Of a DNA stretch of 64,000 nt, positions 37,151 to 51,284 are shown piece by piece (within the stretch, counting starts at the first letter, position 1; every line of letters starts with the position of its first letter). The position numbers and the translations under genes were made by a program. This stretch comes from Lama glama (lineage: Eukaryota). The DNA lies in assembly GCA_028534125.1 (NCBI GenBank), contig CM052832.1:19160001-19224000 (forward strand), in the 5' to 3' direction. Under the pieces are notes generated by a model that was not told the origin of the DNA, ran no database searches, and saw only the letters and a list, made by a program, of their open reading frames with translations.

Positions 37151-38074
37151 AGGTACAGTATCCCACTTCCCAACCCGGCTGGCCAAATGGCCAAATGATA
37201 GGAAGGGAGGGCAGCAAGTCGGCAGGTTATGCAAAAGAAAAATAAAATCAAGACGCCCTGAGTTAGGAGGTGAACGTCTTAAGGTTCTTCTGCATATCTA
37301 GGAAAGGGCATTTCTTGATTACTGCACTAATTGATTGTTTCTTAGTAGGGTGGAGTCAGGAAATCTGCATCTTTTCCCAATGTCACTAATTGCATTTCAT
37401 AGACCTGTAGAATCGGTTTTCCTTAAACTGCGTTTAGAAACATTTATGTGATCTTTGCTGTCATTTGCTAAATTCATTTTATCTCTGAACCTTACCATAA
37501 TCTGAAGCTTAAAACCTCTTAATGGCTTTTTTCTCCTTCCCTTTGAACTTCCTCCACAGAATGAACATTAATCAAGATATTTTAATCAAGAGCATAAACC
37601 TAAGATTATGAATGTCATCATTTATTTTCTTAATTATATGGAGAGAGAAAAAAGTATGATATACACACTCATATCCATTTTTATTGCTAGATTTCTCATC
37701 TAAACATTTTGGTTTGTGGGTTAATATTAGTTGTTTTTCCAGAGCTTAAATAGAAAAATTGGATGATATTTTTGATGATGATAATAGAAAAAGTAAATTT
37801 TAGACAACCGCCCCCCCAACAAACAAGAATTTTTGAAGGGAATTTTAGTGTTTGTTTATTTCTTTATTCCTGAAATGTATACTCGCTGTCCAAATGCTTC
37901 AAACTGTTTATTATAAGAAGACCACAATCTGGAAGACTACTAAAATTATTTCAAATGTAAAATTTTATTTGGTGCTTGTTTTACATAAATTTTCATACAA
38001 ATAAGGAAAACTGGAGATCTCAATTCAGCTCTAGACTTAGGAGGCGTAAAGAAAGCTGAATTCCTCTGTAATTT

Positions 38075-38214
38075 TTTTTTTTACTCTTAAAATTTTGTTT
38101 TTAATTTTGGGGGGAGGTAATTAGATTTTTTTTTTTTAATGGAGGTACTAGGGGTTGAACTCAGGACCTTGTGCATGCTAAGCACGCACTCTACCACTGA
38201 GCTATGCTCCCCCT
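38075..38214 (-). mobile_element. tRNA-Ala-derived SINE with perfect 16-bp TSD
   Basis: TSD aattcctctgtaattt at 38059-38074 and 38218-38233. Confidence 0.92.
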
Positions 38215-38549
38215 ACCAATTCCTCTGTAATTTGAAACAGAAATATAAATATATAAAGACTTTTTAGAACCATAGGTGATAGAAAGATTAATTAATGTTT
38301 GCCACTTAAAATACCAAGGGAGGGACTTAATTTCCTCTCAGAATAATAAAAATAATTCAGCTAAAATCTTTATGTATTAGTCATAGTCAAAAGAGAGCTT
38401 CAATAATTTATTAATGTAAAAGAATGGATTTACTGTTGACTTTTCTTGACTTAATTTTTTTTTCCCTAGCCAAATAGAGAAGGATTTTCTTCAAATAAAT
38501 ATGTAGAACCAGGCATGACTGTTTTGGGGCAGGGATATAGATCACCAGC

Positions 38550-38760
38550 TCAGATGGCCTGGGTTTTGTCATGGCTCTGCTCTTGGTGGCTGTGTCACAT
38601 TTGTCAAATTACTTAATTCCTCTTAGCCTCAGTTTCTTCATCTGTAAAATAGGGATAATATAGGACCGACTTAATGGAATCCCTATAAGAATTAAATAAA
38701 ACAATATGTGTAAGAGCTCTCTGCTTATTGCCTTGAATGCAATAGCACTTCAATAAAATT
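38550..38760. mobile_element. MIR SINE (others near 10140-10250, 27180-27340, 49900-50090)
   Basis: MIR core agcctcagtttcttcatctgtaaaatagggataata. Confidence 0.8.
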
Positions 38761-40224
38761 TAGTTGCTACTATTCTTGGGTTGTTTTCTTTTCAGGAAAC
38801 ACTTTCTATGTCTTCAAATTAATTTGGCACTAAAAGTAGAATTATTTGATGTGCCCAAAACTTGTTCAGATTTACAATGTCACATTGTCATAAAATACAT
38901 ACATTTTCCTTGCAGCATCTTTACAACAACAATAATAAATATAATAATCACAATCTAAAGGTATGTCAATTCCAGGTAATTATATTTGATACCCTAAAGA
39001 GGGAGCTTAGCTTTAGTAGGCCTGGAATAATTGGGAGGTTATTGTTCTTTTTGGTTTTTTAATTTGTATTTTTAGATACTCTTCATTTGAATTCCAGAGT
39101 GAGAAACTTACTTGTTTACTTCTATTAAGCAGTAAATATGGTTGGACCAAAATAACCTGTTTTTGCATCATTTGGTGGAGTCTTTTAACCATAGGTGTTT
39201 GAGTTGCAAAGTAAGGCTTCTTAAAGAAATGACACACAAGTAGATAAAGATATGGTGTTGGAGTTTTAGCTCCAAATTATATTGGCAGAATTCTGTTACG
39301 TGGTGTTAACAGGAAAGTGTTGGTATGCACAACCTGCTGTGCATCCTTTGCCTTAAGTTCGAAAAAGCATGGGATTCTGTTTAAGCATGTAGCTAGAGTA
39401 ACAGAATAACTCCGACCCCAAAATGAATGTTCAAAGTTGGCTTTATTCTGGGCTATAATTTAAAGCACCAGAATGATTAAGTATCAAGTGTAAATTAACT
39501 CTGGTGTTGCCACCCACAGATTTTAAATGCTGCAGTTTGTAGTATGTTTTTTCCTAGGGTGGTGGGGAAGTATGGGTTGCTCCTTTCTTGGATAACGATC
39601 CTATTATTCTAAAATTGTGATTATCTGCATACCTTACCAGTTTTTTTTTGCTGTCTTCATTAAAATGAAGTGTAGGATGTCTGACTGTGCTGTCTCCTGG
39701 TCAATATAACATAGTTGCCTTTCTTCAAAATTTTTTCCAAGTAACGCTTAAGATGACTTACCGTCGATAAAACTACTATCTTTGGAATCTCTCTCAGTAT
39801 ATTTGTACTGATCAGGAGGTTGAAATATTTTATTAATTCACTATCTTCAACCTCCTTGTCTTAAAGCTACAAAGCACCCAAGTTCTAGGTGCCGAATGCT
39901 CCACATTTTATTGTAGTCTGGGAAGGACTTCTCCCCAGACACATTCGTGTTTAAGAGTATGCTACTAGCTAACTAGTCTTTACACATTTCCATCGGGTTT
40001 TCCTAACTACTCCTGTGCAGCAACTGCTCTTCCTAAATCTGCAGAAACTTTTTCTGATCTCATTTTCCTAGATTTCTTCCACCCAGTTGACCATTCTCAC
40101 TTTCTTGAAACAAGGTCTTCTGGTTCAGAAGTACCATCCTTCAACCCCCTCCTAGAGTTACTTTCTAAAGCAGATATATGAACATGTCACACCTCTGATT
40201 CAGAATCTTCAATGTCATGTCTAT

Positions 40225-40640
40225 ATGTGGGTGAATGGATAAATAAAATGTGGTCTATACACACAATGGAATGTTATCCAGCCTGAAAAAAAAGAAGGAA
40301 ATTGTAACACAGGATACAACATGGCTGAATCTTGAAGATATGCTGAGTGATGTAAGCCAAATACAAAATGACATTATTGTATGATTCCATTTATGGGAAA
40401 TATCTAGAATAGTCAAATTCTTAGAAAGTATACTAGTGATTACCAGGAACTGCCAGGAGTAGGTCGTGCTATTTAATGTTTAATGGGCACAGAGTTTCAG
40501 TTTGGAATGATGAAAAGTTCTGGAGGTAGTGGTGGTGGCGGCTGCACAAGAATAGATGTGCTTAATGCCAGTGAGCTATACACTTGACAATATTTAAAAT
40601 GGCAGATTTTAAGTTATATGCATTTTACACAACAAAAAAT
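40225..40640 (+). mobile_element. Old LINE-1 3'UTR fragment
   Basis: Clear similarity to 32260-32655 (ggataaataaaatgtgg...cagagtttcagtttgg). Confidence 0.85.
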
Positions 40641-41269
40641 TTTTGTACATCTTCAGTGTCTCCCCACTGCCTACTCAGTGAGGTGCTCACCTCTGAGTGT
40701 TACTTATACAGTGTTTGCTGTTTCTTCTTGGTTTACGTTTTCATCCTCTTTTAATTTCCTGAACTTATTCTACACTCCAGCCACATGGAACTACTCAAAA
40801 TATTCCATCCCTTGCAAAATTCAATGCTTTCTCTGTGCAGCAGTCTTGAGAGCCTAGAATGCCTTTCTTTCTTCAACAAGCAACCACTCATCCCACAGGA
40901 CAGAGCTTAAATGTCACATTGCTCAAGTCTTCCTTCCAGTCCTCAGTCCCTCCTTCCCTGATGGCCATCTGGCTCTGTGGGTGTGCCTCATGACACCACC
41001 TGTCTCATTATCATGTAGGATGAGCTTCTATAGAATAGGGACATTTTATTTATTTTAAAATTTTTTAATTTTTAATTTTTTGCAATATATATATATTATT
41101 TGCATTTAAAATATGGGACATTTAATTTTTTAATGCATATTTTTTTTAAAAAGCCTAAAGTTAATGTTTCCATTCTTCTCGAAAACTGCCTTAGTGTACT
41201 TCATTTCCCCTCATCCCCAACCACTCATGCTTCACTTTAATATTGTTAGTAGTTTTCATGGATAACTTT

Positions 41270-41525
41270 TTTTTTTGCATTCTTTTTGTATTGACACATA
41301 GTCAGTTTACAATGTCGTGTCAATTTCCGGTGCCCAGCACAATCTTTCAGTCACACATATACATGCATATATGCGTTTTCATGTTCTTTTTCATTATAGA
41401 TGACCACAAGACACTGAACACAGTTCCCCGTGCTATACAGCAGAAACCTGTTGCTTAGCCATTTCATATACAGAAGTTAGTATCTGCAAATTTCGAACTT
41501 CTGATTTATCCCTTCCCACCCCCTT
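41270..41525 (-). mobile_element. Short L1 3' stub; related stubs near 28125-28208, 41810-42028, 44098-44292 and 46217-46278
   Basis: Shared ttgaagtatagt...ttacaat...gtgattcagttata...ccctgtgctatacag text, with poly-T and short flanking direct repeats. Confidence 0.75.
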
Positions 41526-44500
41526 ATGGATGATTTTTTATTATTATTTCCAACATGTTGGTCAGTTTCTAGCTTACCAGGGCTTCTTCCTCCCCTCTGT
41601 TCAGTTTTCATTTCATAGCTCTTTTAGTCAGCATCTGTGAGTGGTGTACTCCATGTTTACCTAAAAAAATGCTTATTTTATTGTTACTGTTGAATGACAC
41701 TTTAGTAAGTATAAAGTTCTAGGTTGACAATGTCCCTTGGGATTTTGAAGATTCTCTTTCTTTCTTTCTGCCTCTTCCTCTTCCTCTTTCTATCTCTCTC
41801 TCTTTTTCTTTTTTTTATTGAAGTACTATTGATTTACAATATTGTGTTACTTTCTGGTATACAGTATAGTGATTCAGTTATACAGCATAGTGATTCAGTT
41901 ATATACACACATATATATTCTTTTTCATATTATTTTCCATTATAGGTTATTACAAGATACTAAATGTAGTTCCCTATGCTATACAGGAGGACCTTGTTGT
42001 TTATCTATTTTATGTACAGTAGTGTGTATTGAAGATTTTATTTCTATTATCTTCTGGCACCTATTGTTGCTGATAAAAATCATGTCATCAGTCTAATTCT
42101 ATTAAGATAATCTGTTTCTTGTCTCTGGCTCTTTATAAGTTCATTCATCACAGGTGTTAAATAAATGCTTTTTGGAGAATGCTATTTTTCATGATGTGAA
42201 GCTTGAATATTTTTGTGTTTATCTTCCTTGTCTTTGATAATATATAATTCCTTATTTGACCAAATTAATTTTGTCCTTGCATTTGAAACCAATATTGTAT
42301 TTTCCCTCCTTCTCTTTTTAAACTATTCCTATTAATTTTTTTGTTTGTCTTTTGAACATTCAAGTAAACTTTCCTCTTAGTAATATATAGTTATCATGAT
42401 AGCATTTATTAAATAGTAATTCCCATCTCATTGTTTTGTTCCTCCTAGTTTGTTATGGAGTAAGCCCTAATAAAGTCATTTTAGTTTATATATTTTATGT
42501 GATTTTTGCTTTATAATGAATATTAGAGTCTACCATTGCCTTTTCTTCTCATTCCCCAAATATCCTTGCCTATTTTTACCTGTTTATTTTTCTTGCAAAT
42601 GAATTTTGTTAAGTAGTTTAAAGCGTTCTAGTAAGTTTTAATTCATTCTTTGTTTCTTTGTTAACCTAACATATTGTTATCTTTAATATCTACTGTTTTT
42701 CCAGGTTATACAAGCTTCTCTCTGCATTTATTCGTATCTCCCATTCTCTCTCCCAGGACAGTTTTGTTATTGTATTTAAAGAGATTCTGTGTCACATTTT
42801 AAATCTTTTTGCATGTTTGTAATGCTTCTGGCCATGCCTGGGAATGAGATCTCTCTCATTAGTGTACTTTCTGTCTCTCTATTTGTCTGCTTGATACAGA
42901 GATGCTGTTGCTTCAAAGGACTTTGCTAATCTTCACCAGTCTGGTTGTATTAAGCCTAATTCTGATGTTTCTTTCATTAATTGGATGGATTTGATGAGGA
43001 GGAGATATCTTATGTTACTCTCTCCACTGTCTCCTTAATATCTGATTCTTAGAACATTGTTAAAGGAGGGATTTGACGCTCTTTTTTCAGCCTGAATTTT
43101 CTCCTCTTTGTTCCCTAGTCTGCCCTTGGAGCTTCATACAGTTTGTTTACTCCCCATTTCCCCACGAATGCCCTTCCTGTGCTTTAAAAACCAACATTGG
43201 ATCATGTTTCCCTTAATTCTGCTTGATCTCCTAATAGGAAGTCACTTTATACTGTAATTGTAAGGCATTATCTCCGTTGCCAGTAAACTCCTGGGTAATC
43301 CTCTGTGTTGATTGACACAGGTTTTCCAGAACTTATTTTACCTTTTCAGCTTTCAGTGGAGGAAGTCAGAGCACGGACTATAGCGCTGAAAAACTGCCAA
43401 GTTTTTACCTTCTGGGCTTGGCACCCAACTAATGTATTGTCTGGATTTCCTGGGCCTTACCTCCTTGGTTTGTTGGTAGGATTTGGGGGCTAGAGAGCCC
43501 TTTGTAGATGCAGGAACAGCAGGTGTAAACCTCTTCTGCGGTACCTCCTGAGCCCTTCTCTCTTCAGGACCACTCTCCAGGCTCACACAGGTTGGGGTGA
43601 TGGAGTGGGACCCATGAAGAGTTTACTGACTGCTTTGGCAAGAGAAAGTGCTAAGAGTGAGAAAGATCAGGAAAAAGCAACCCTGACTCACTTTCATCTT
43701 TTCTATTCCTTACCCGTTGGAACTTAGAGGCTTACTTTGGAGAAACTAGAAATTGACTTCTGATTGGTGAGCCACAGAACTTCAGCTGATGAAACCAGAA
43801 TATTCTCTATACCTACTGGGGATGACAATATCTTACCTCTCTCTGATTCTTAATGGGAGTTTCAAATAATATGAAGTATGTAAAAATTGTCTTGAGAAGA
43901 AAAGGACTATTATAAATGGCTATTGATGACGATGATGATTAATTTTACAAATCATTTTGAAATTTTCTTGTTATTAATAAGATAGATTATTACCTGACAA
44001 TATTCTACCTTTTTTCTACTTTGTTCCTTTTTCTTCATAGGGAATAAGTGAATAATTATTTACTTAATGCCAGAAGGTTAAATTCTAAAGGACAGCTCTT
44101 TTTTTAAATTGAAGTATAGTTGATTTACAATATTGGGTTAGTTTCAGGTGTACAGCAAAGTGATTGTTATATATATGTATGTACATGATAGATATGCATA
44201 TATATTTTTCTTTTTTTCAGTTTTTTCCATTATAGTTTATTACATGATATTGACTATAGTTCCCTGTGCTATACAGTGTATCCTTGTTGTTTAAGGGAGA
44301 GCTCATTGATCAACGAATCATATGCTTGACGATAAATGGAATTGAAAGATTAAACAGTCTCAGAACTGATGAACAGTTTGCTTGATTCAGAAGTGTGGTA
44401 ATCACCAGCTGGCTTCAGAATTGGACACAAAGCAGATTCACTGTCATTGACACACAAAACGTCTAGCATCTGAACTTGGACATTACCGAGCACTGATTGG

Positions 44501-45321
44501 GTTTTCCTGCACAGTCACCTGTAGACTCTCTCTCCTTGTGCATATTTTCTAAAGGTGATCGTTTAATTATTAGAGCACAGGACAAAGCATTTATTTAGGT
44601 AACAGTGTTGACCCCATTAGTAAGAGTTAAATTTAGGAAGAAAGAAAAGTGCTGAGTCAATTGAAAGCTAAGCTATTCCCATAATTAGGGAGACTATTTA
44701 AAGCCCCATGATGTACCTTCAAGGTTTCACCTTCTGAAAAATTTTCTCTTAATGTAGGAAGAGTAGTTCCAGGACTGTAAAACTCTGGTGTTATTTATAA
44801 TACAAAGACGGTGAGATAGTGTGTTCATTTGCAGCAACTTAGAAAAGACGTAATATATTTACTCTAGGAATTGGTACATAAATACGTATAAATAAAAATG
44901 TGTCTTACCTTTTCTTCCTTCTCACATATACCCTTTCACTAAGTGCTCTCCATCCATCCTTTAAATTGTTCTCTTATCTGTTTTATCCCATCACCTCCGA
45001 AATGAACAGGGCATCGCCACGTCCCTTTCTAGAACTGCTTTGATTCTTTGAGTCCAGGATGCTCAGATGGTACACCCATGGCCTGCAGTCATCTCTGTGG
45101 TTGCAGTCTGCCTCAGCAAAGGCAGTTTTTGTCAAAGTAGTGGCTGATCAAGCAAGGAAGGAAGGCTCATAGAATGAAGAGACCATCTCTGGCAACCCCC
45201 AGTGGCTAAGTGGAAAAGGAAAAATACAGCTTGTCTTGTCTGAGTTCACTGGCTCCGAAAAGCAGGAGTTCACCCATCTAGTTTTGTTAGCCAGTAAACA
45301 ACAAACAGGACAAACTATAAA

Positions 45322-45661
45322 TGTTACAGAAATGGCAGGTCAGCCAAGAAACAAACACCACTCAGAGGGTTGGCGTACTCAGGTTTATTACGCCAGCGGG
45401 CTCAGAGGGGCTACCGCTCCGGAGCTCTGAGCGCCTCTGGGAAGTGTGAGTGAGGTTTTACAGAGCTGCTTACAAGCTCGGGGTCCATCAGCCAATAGGG
45501 TGAGTACAGCTAGGCAGTATCATAAAAGCAGAAGCAAAGGGTTGCTTGCAGTAACCCGAAACTGGTCTAGCAAGGTGAAACTTAAAATTCATGAGTTAAC
45601 TTAAAATTCATAAGTTAGCCCTGCCCAGTCTTGGCCCAGCCCAACATTTTCCTTCTCATCA
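45322..45661 (-). mobile_element. Solo LTR-like element
   Basis: TGT...TCA ends, tttatt (AATAAA on -) at ~45384, ccaat motif, internal 19-bp tandem duplication at 45579-45616; no clear TSD. Confidence 0.55.
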
Positions 45662-47416
45662 ACACAACCTGTTCTAAATAGCCTACAGGAAAATGCTGTC
45701 CAGGAGATCTGTTTGGACCTTTGAAATTAGGCCCCTTTGAGCTGTTTTCATTTCCCTCTGCAAGGAAAGCTGCAGCTTGCATTTTCCTGAGCCCATAGCA
45801 ACATTGCACTGCAGCATTATTGATAAAAGCCAATCATCACAAACAGCCAACTGGTCTAGTTATAATCATCACCTCGGTAGGATGTTGCAAAATAACAACA
45901 ACAAAAAAGAATAATGAAAAAGAAAGTAGCAATGAAGGATACTTCTTGTGGTGGAATATTAAGTGAAAATGAGAATTGTGTTTCTCTGAGAGGATGGCTT
46001 TGGTTAGTGTATGTATACGTATACTGAAGGAAACCCTGGCAGGAGAAGATAGCCATTCATTAGCGTGATTTGATCGGAATGCTTTTAGTGGACATTTTGT
46101 CATGCTAATTAAAGAAACTTATTTCATTCACTCAGTCTCCACCCAGGCAGTGTGCCAGAGCTTGAGGACACAGAAAACAACCAATAAAAAGCAGGTCTTC
46201 TTGGGGTTTGCAATATCTTTTTTTTTTTTTTAATTGAAGTATCTAGTCAGTTACAATGTGTCAATCTCTGGTGTACCAATACATCATTTTAAAAATACTT
46301 TTCTTTTTTTTCTAGTGTTATGATTTATTTTCTTCTGTCTATTCATATGCCCTGCCTGCCTTTCCGCTTTGTTTTTATTTTTTTTATTTTTCAACGGGAA
46401 CATAGGAAAGAGGGGAAATAGATGTGTGTCCAGTCTGCCATCTTGAACTAGAAAGTTTTCTTTTTATTCTTAGCTTGCTAAAATTCTATTAATGAAGCTT
46501 ATTCCCCCCAAGAAAGATTAATGTGACTGTATTTGCTGTGTGGACTGTGCCTCTGGACAGTCCTTGGAATACTGATGACCCTGGTTTCCAGGATCTGCCT
46601 CTTGAGAGAACGCAAACACTTCGAACAGCAAGGGTGGAACCTTCCCTCTTTAAGGAACACCTGGGGGCTTGGTCTATTACTGCAGCATCCTGCTTCTCAA
46701 GCCTTGATGATAAAGTAGGTGTGTTAAACAACAATGATGAGAGAACCATAAAGACAAGCACCTATCCCCCAAATATCTCCTCTACCACCATCTGTCAAAG
46801 GCACCTAAAATCGCCTTTGGTCATGAGGAATCTGTATGACAATGCTAGCATCCTCATAAAGAAGACCTTAAGGTTTAAACAAGTAATAACAGCTGACAGC
46901 TTTGCCTGGAAGCTTGGGTTTAGAGACCTGAAAGGGAGGGAATTGATGGAGGGGGAGGGAAGAATCTGACCAAGACTCCCCAAAAGGGGAGACAGGCATA
47001 ATGCCATGCATCTCGTTTTTTTCTGTGTGCCAACTCTGGCTGGTATCATATCGCTTCTGGTTCTTGCTGTGAAATTAAATACTAAAGAGAATTGGCAGCA
47101 GGAAGGTAAGTCCTTTGCCTGCATGGGAATAATGGATAGGGATTCTTTAGGGGCAGGTTGAGGATAGAAAAAGCAAAAACACAATTATGGTTTGTCAGCA
47201 TTCCCTTCAGGGTAAAAACTGAAGAGGCTCTCATATTTGGAAGGGTCTTAGCTAAGATTAAAACCAAGCTCAGAAGTGCTGCAGCTTTACTTACAAAAAT
47301 GACTTTTTAAACAATTTCTGAAGTTAGAATTGCACGTTTTTCCATGTCTGAATGTCAAGTTCAAGAAGCTTTACTCTCCTACTCCCTGCCAACATTGATA
47401 AAATATCTTGAAAGTA

Positions 47417-47545
47417 GGGGGAGGGTATAGCTCAGTGGTAGAGCATGTGCTTAGCATGTACAAGGTCCTGGGTTCAATCCCCAGTACCTCCATTAAATAA
47501 ACAAACAAACAAACAAACCTAATTACCTCCCCCCACCCAAAGAAA
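47417..47545 (+). mobile_element. tRNA-Ala(AGC)-derived SINE with near-intact head
   Basis: gggtatagctcagtggtagagc...ttagcat...ggttcaatccccagtacctcca, then (aaac)n and the aacctaattacctccc tail. Confidence 0.92.
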
Positions 47546-48139
47546 TTCAAACTGCTCCAAAAAGCAAAAGTCTATTAACTATTATCTATATATCTATGTA
47601 CATAAAATAAATTTCTTTTTTTCCCAACCATCCCAATATTTTTATTGAAGTAAAATAAATTTCTATCTTCTTTCCTCCAGTGTTATATTATTAACCAAGG
47701 ATATACAGAACAGAATTTTAAAGCAATTAATCTGCTAGTGTTAGAATGAACAGTGATTGGAATCCACTTAATTGTGGTTTTAGTTAGCTGGTAGTTTTAA
47801 TCAGGTGAGAGCTCTGCTTGGTTTGCTCCCTCAGAAGCAGCCAGGCAGTTGCTACAGTGTGATTTGCACCCCTGCTGACAGCCAAGTGTGGCGCTTTCCA
47901 GATCAGAAGGCATTATTTTATTTTAAGATTTTCCCCTTGCCCGTCAGGGCTCCCTGCAGGTCCGTCTGACTGGGTGAGAACGGTTGTTTACAGAACCATT
48001 TGAAGATAGGCCAGTCCCTCCACAGACACACCTCTCTCTCTTACTCAAGTTCACCACTCAGGCAACTCTCCCCTCTCTTCCCTTTCCTTTCCATTTATAC
48101 TTCCTCCCTCAGTGCTGTTAACCAGTCTCCTGGCTTTGA

Positions 48140-48760
48140 ATACCGGCTCCCAGTTGACACCTCCAGCTCTTCCCTCCTCTGAACCCCAGATGTATTTATC
48201 TGGTGGCCCGCCCAGCAGCTCCATTTGGATGTCTTCCAGGGTCCCCCATTTCAAGTCATGGCGATCCCATTCTCTTGGTTGCTCAGTCATCCTGGACACT
48301 TGTCTTTGTCTCATGTCCTGCATCCCATCCAGGAGCAAATCCTGCACTCTCTACCTGCAAAATATATCAGGAACCTGACTCCTCAAGACCTTCACTGCTA
48401 CCACCTGGTGCAAGACGCCATCCTCCCACCTGGACCACTGCACGAGCTTCTGAGTTCTCTCTCTGCCCCTATACTCTCTTCATCACAAGGCCCGAAGCCA
48501 AGGGTGCTAATCCTGTGACTCGTCCGGTCTCAGAGGCAAAGCCAGAGATCCCTTGTGTTGACCTATAAACCGCCACGTGGCCTCCCATTGCCTCCCTAAC
48601 CTTGCCTTCCTGGGCCTTCCCCTCTTCTAGCCTTGTGGCCCTCCATGCTGTTCCTGGAATATACGGCACATTCCCCCAGCCAAGCCTTCGCATCTCCTGT
48701 CCCCTCTGCTGGGAACTCTTCTTTCAGATGTCCACGTGTTTCATTCTCTCATCTCTCTTA
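48140..48760. mobile_element. LINE-2 remnant (further L2-like pieces near 7240-7470 and 62340-63520)
   Basis: ctccatttggatgtct...cagcaaatcctg...ctacctgcaaaatatatc text typical of L2; from memory. Confidence 0.65.
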
Positions 48761-51167
48761 GTCTTAAAAGCTCATTAATTCTTCAGCTGTGTTTAATCTG
48801 CTGTTTAACCTATCCGTTGAGCTTTTGATAGCAAAAGTGTTATCTTTTTATTGTTACACTTTTGCCTGGTGATTTTTCACATCTGCCAGGGTCTTTTTTT
48901 GGGGGGAGGGTACAAATCTTATACCTTACTTTTTTTTCTCTCCTTAAACGTTTTAAGCATCAATTAGTTCATATTTGTAAGCCAGAATTTCATTATTTGA
49001 AAAATCTCAGGGGCCTGATTCTCTTGTCTTTCTTCTCTGTTGCCTTTCTTCACAGTGCCTGGGTTGTTTAGTAATTTGGAATTCTAAGCTCAAGGTTGTC
49101 TGGGTTCTCTCTAGGGGTTGAGGAGAATTCTTCCAAAAAAGGATTTATCATTGTCTCTTCCAGGTGTCTTTGGGTCCTACCAACCCAGGGCCACCAGAAA
49201 TTGAGGTAATTTCTCCCCACGGGGTTAATTAGACCAAACTTGCCGTGAAAGTGGAATCCAGACCTGTGAGGAGCAAACCTATGGTTGTCCATTCTCAAGG
49301 AAGAAATTTTTCTTCCCACAGAGCACAGCAGCCAGATTTTTCCCCCCTTAGTTCATCCTTTTCACCCACAAGGATCTGTCTCTCAAAGATCCTGGTTTTA
49401 AGAGGCACCTCAGTTCCAACCCCTCAACTTGAACATGCCCAAGGCTCTGACTCCTGTCTGCGTTGTATCCATGAGACTCACATCTCTAGGTTCTGGAAAC
49501 CAGCAGTCATCTTGGGCAGCTGCTGCCTTGGCATCAGCTTTCTAGCTTTCTCTTTGTTTTCAGCCTTGGGGGACTTCCCTTATTTTCTTGTGAGTGCCGT
49601 TATATATTTAAAAGGTGTTACATTGTCCCCAGCAATCTCAGTATTTTATTGTGCTGGCATTTTGCGAGAAATCCAGACTTTTCCCATGCATATATAATAC
49701 TCCATTTTCTGTTTATAATCTGCATCTTTCGTGTAGTACTGGATCATAGACTTCATGATAATAATACATGAATATTATATAGTCATGAGATATACCATGT
49801 TTAAGTATACCTTAATTTTGGATATTATTGCTTTTGTAAATTAGAATAAAACCAAATTAGCTTTTTTTTTTTTTAATGGAGAGAGACACATAAGGCAGGA
49901 CAGAACAGTGGAAAGAACATATTCTCTAGTGTCAGACATGCCGGATGAGGTTCTAATTCTTGGACTTTTTAGCTTTTCTGAGCCTCAGTTTCATCATCTG
50001 TAAAATGGGGCTAATAATATGCATCTGGAGCTGTTTCAGAGGATGACAACAAATGCATGTAAAGTGCCAGGGACATTATGAAATAAATGGGAATTTTTAC
50101 AAATATTAATTGTACTTTTCATCCAGTATTGTATTTGTGACAGTAATCTAGCCTTGGAACCTGTCCAGAGGAGGCAGCAATGACTTCAGCTTGGAGGTTC
50201 TGTTTGGGAAGGAAGGCTCTGAAGAACTGGCTTGTAAGCTGGTTATTGGTAGGGTAGAGGAGAGCGCATGGGGAGGTTAGTGGATGTTGGAAAGAAGACA
50301 GGGAAGAGGGGAGCGTGGAGAGTGGTGTGATGAGTTTGCTCCCCTCTCCTGAGGTGTCTGTCCTGGCAACTTTCAGGAATTTTTAACATTGGTTCCTTGT
50401 CATCGTTTGCACCAGTCTGTTACATGCATGTAATTCACCACAGTCCTAAGAGACCTGCCACGGGGCCAGGGGGATGTTCCTACTTGGTTGACCTGAGTTT
50501 ATTGGTCCCAGCTATGACAGCGACTAATTCTAAGCTCAAAAGTGAACTCAACTGCAGTGAGATGGAAGGGGAAATATATGAGTCATACATTTCCTCCTAT
50601 TCTCCGCAGGATAGTTCTGGACAAACCTTACCAAAAAACAAGGCCGTTAAGAAGTAAATATCAGAACTGTTGGATTCTGGCTGTCATACAGGATTTCTTT
50701 CTTTTCTTTTCTTTTTTTTCCATGCACTTAACTCCAGCTGAGATGAAAGCTGTCAGCTAGCTTTGAAAAGTAATTTGTTGCAGAGAACCATGGTAATTCT
50801 CCTTGAGATAGGGATTACTGAATTTCAAAATTGCAATTTAAAATGTGAATACATCCTTTTTTTTTTTTTCCCAGTGGCTTGTTTGCTAGGTCTTTCCCTC
50901 ACTTTGGTCCTTTCACTGGAATGATGGTAATTAATTGTGTTCTTTCTCTTAACAAGTTGTTTGTGCTTACACTACATGCTTTCATAACTCAGTGGGGATT
51001 CAGCATATTGACTGAATTTGGGTGGAACTGTTACTTCTAAGGTGAAGTATAAATGTCGACTCTTTCTCTCAATGGTGGTATATGTGTAGACCTTCCTTGG
51101 AGTAGAGACATAGCCCAGTAGCAGTTCTAACTAGCTGCCCAGGGCAGCCCAGGTATTTTCTCATAGC

Positions 51168-51284
51168 TAGGGTTGCCTGACAAAATATAGTAAAATATGT
51201 CCTAAATATTGCATCATAAAATTTGTTATTTGTCTGAAATTCACATTTGATTGGGACTCTTTCTTTGCTAAATCTGGCTGCCCT
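51168..51284. mobile_element. MER53-like hAT MITE remnant
   Basis: Ends tagggttgcc...ggctgccctg with internal tgtctgaaattca...gctaaatctgg. Confidence 0.65.

Noticed and set aside
36322..37301. Cluster of overlapping ORFs at the KIAA0319 promoter
   Set aside because: Typical stop-poor CpG-island ORFs with no recognisable product.
46523..46969. 148-aa intronic ORF in KIAA0319 intron 1
   Set aside because: Non-ATG start, no recognisable domain or homology, no evident exon structure. A few ORFs of this length are expected by chance in six frames of 64 kb. A BLASTP or PhyloCSF hit would overturn this.
47421..47492. Bona fide tRNA-Ala gene
   Set aside because: Followed by an A-rich SINE tail and family-specific 3' module; acceptor-stem mismatch; many diverged sister copies with TSDs.
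49245..49697. 150-aa intronic ORF
   Set aside because: Non-ATG start, no recognisable protein features; probably decayed repeat or neutral sequence.
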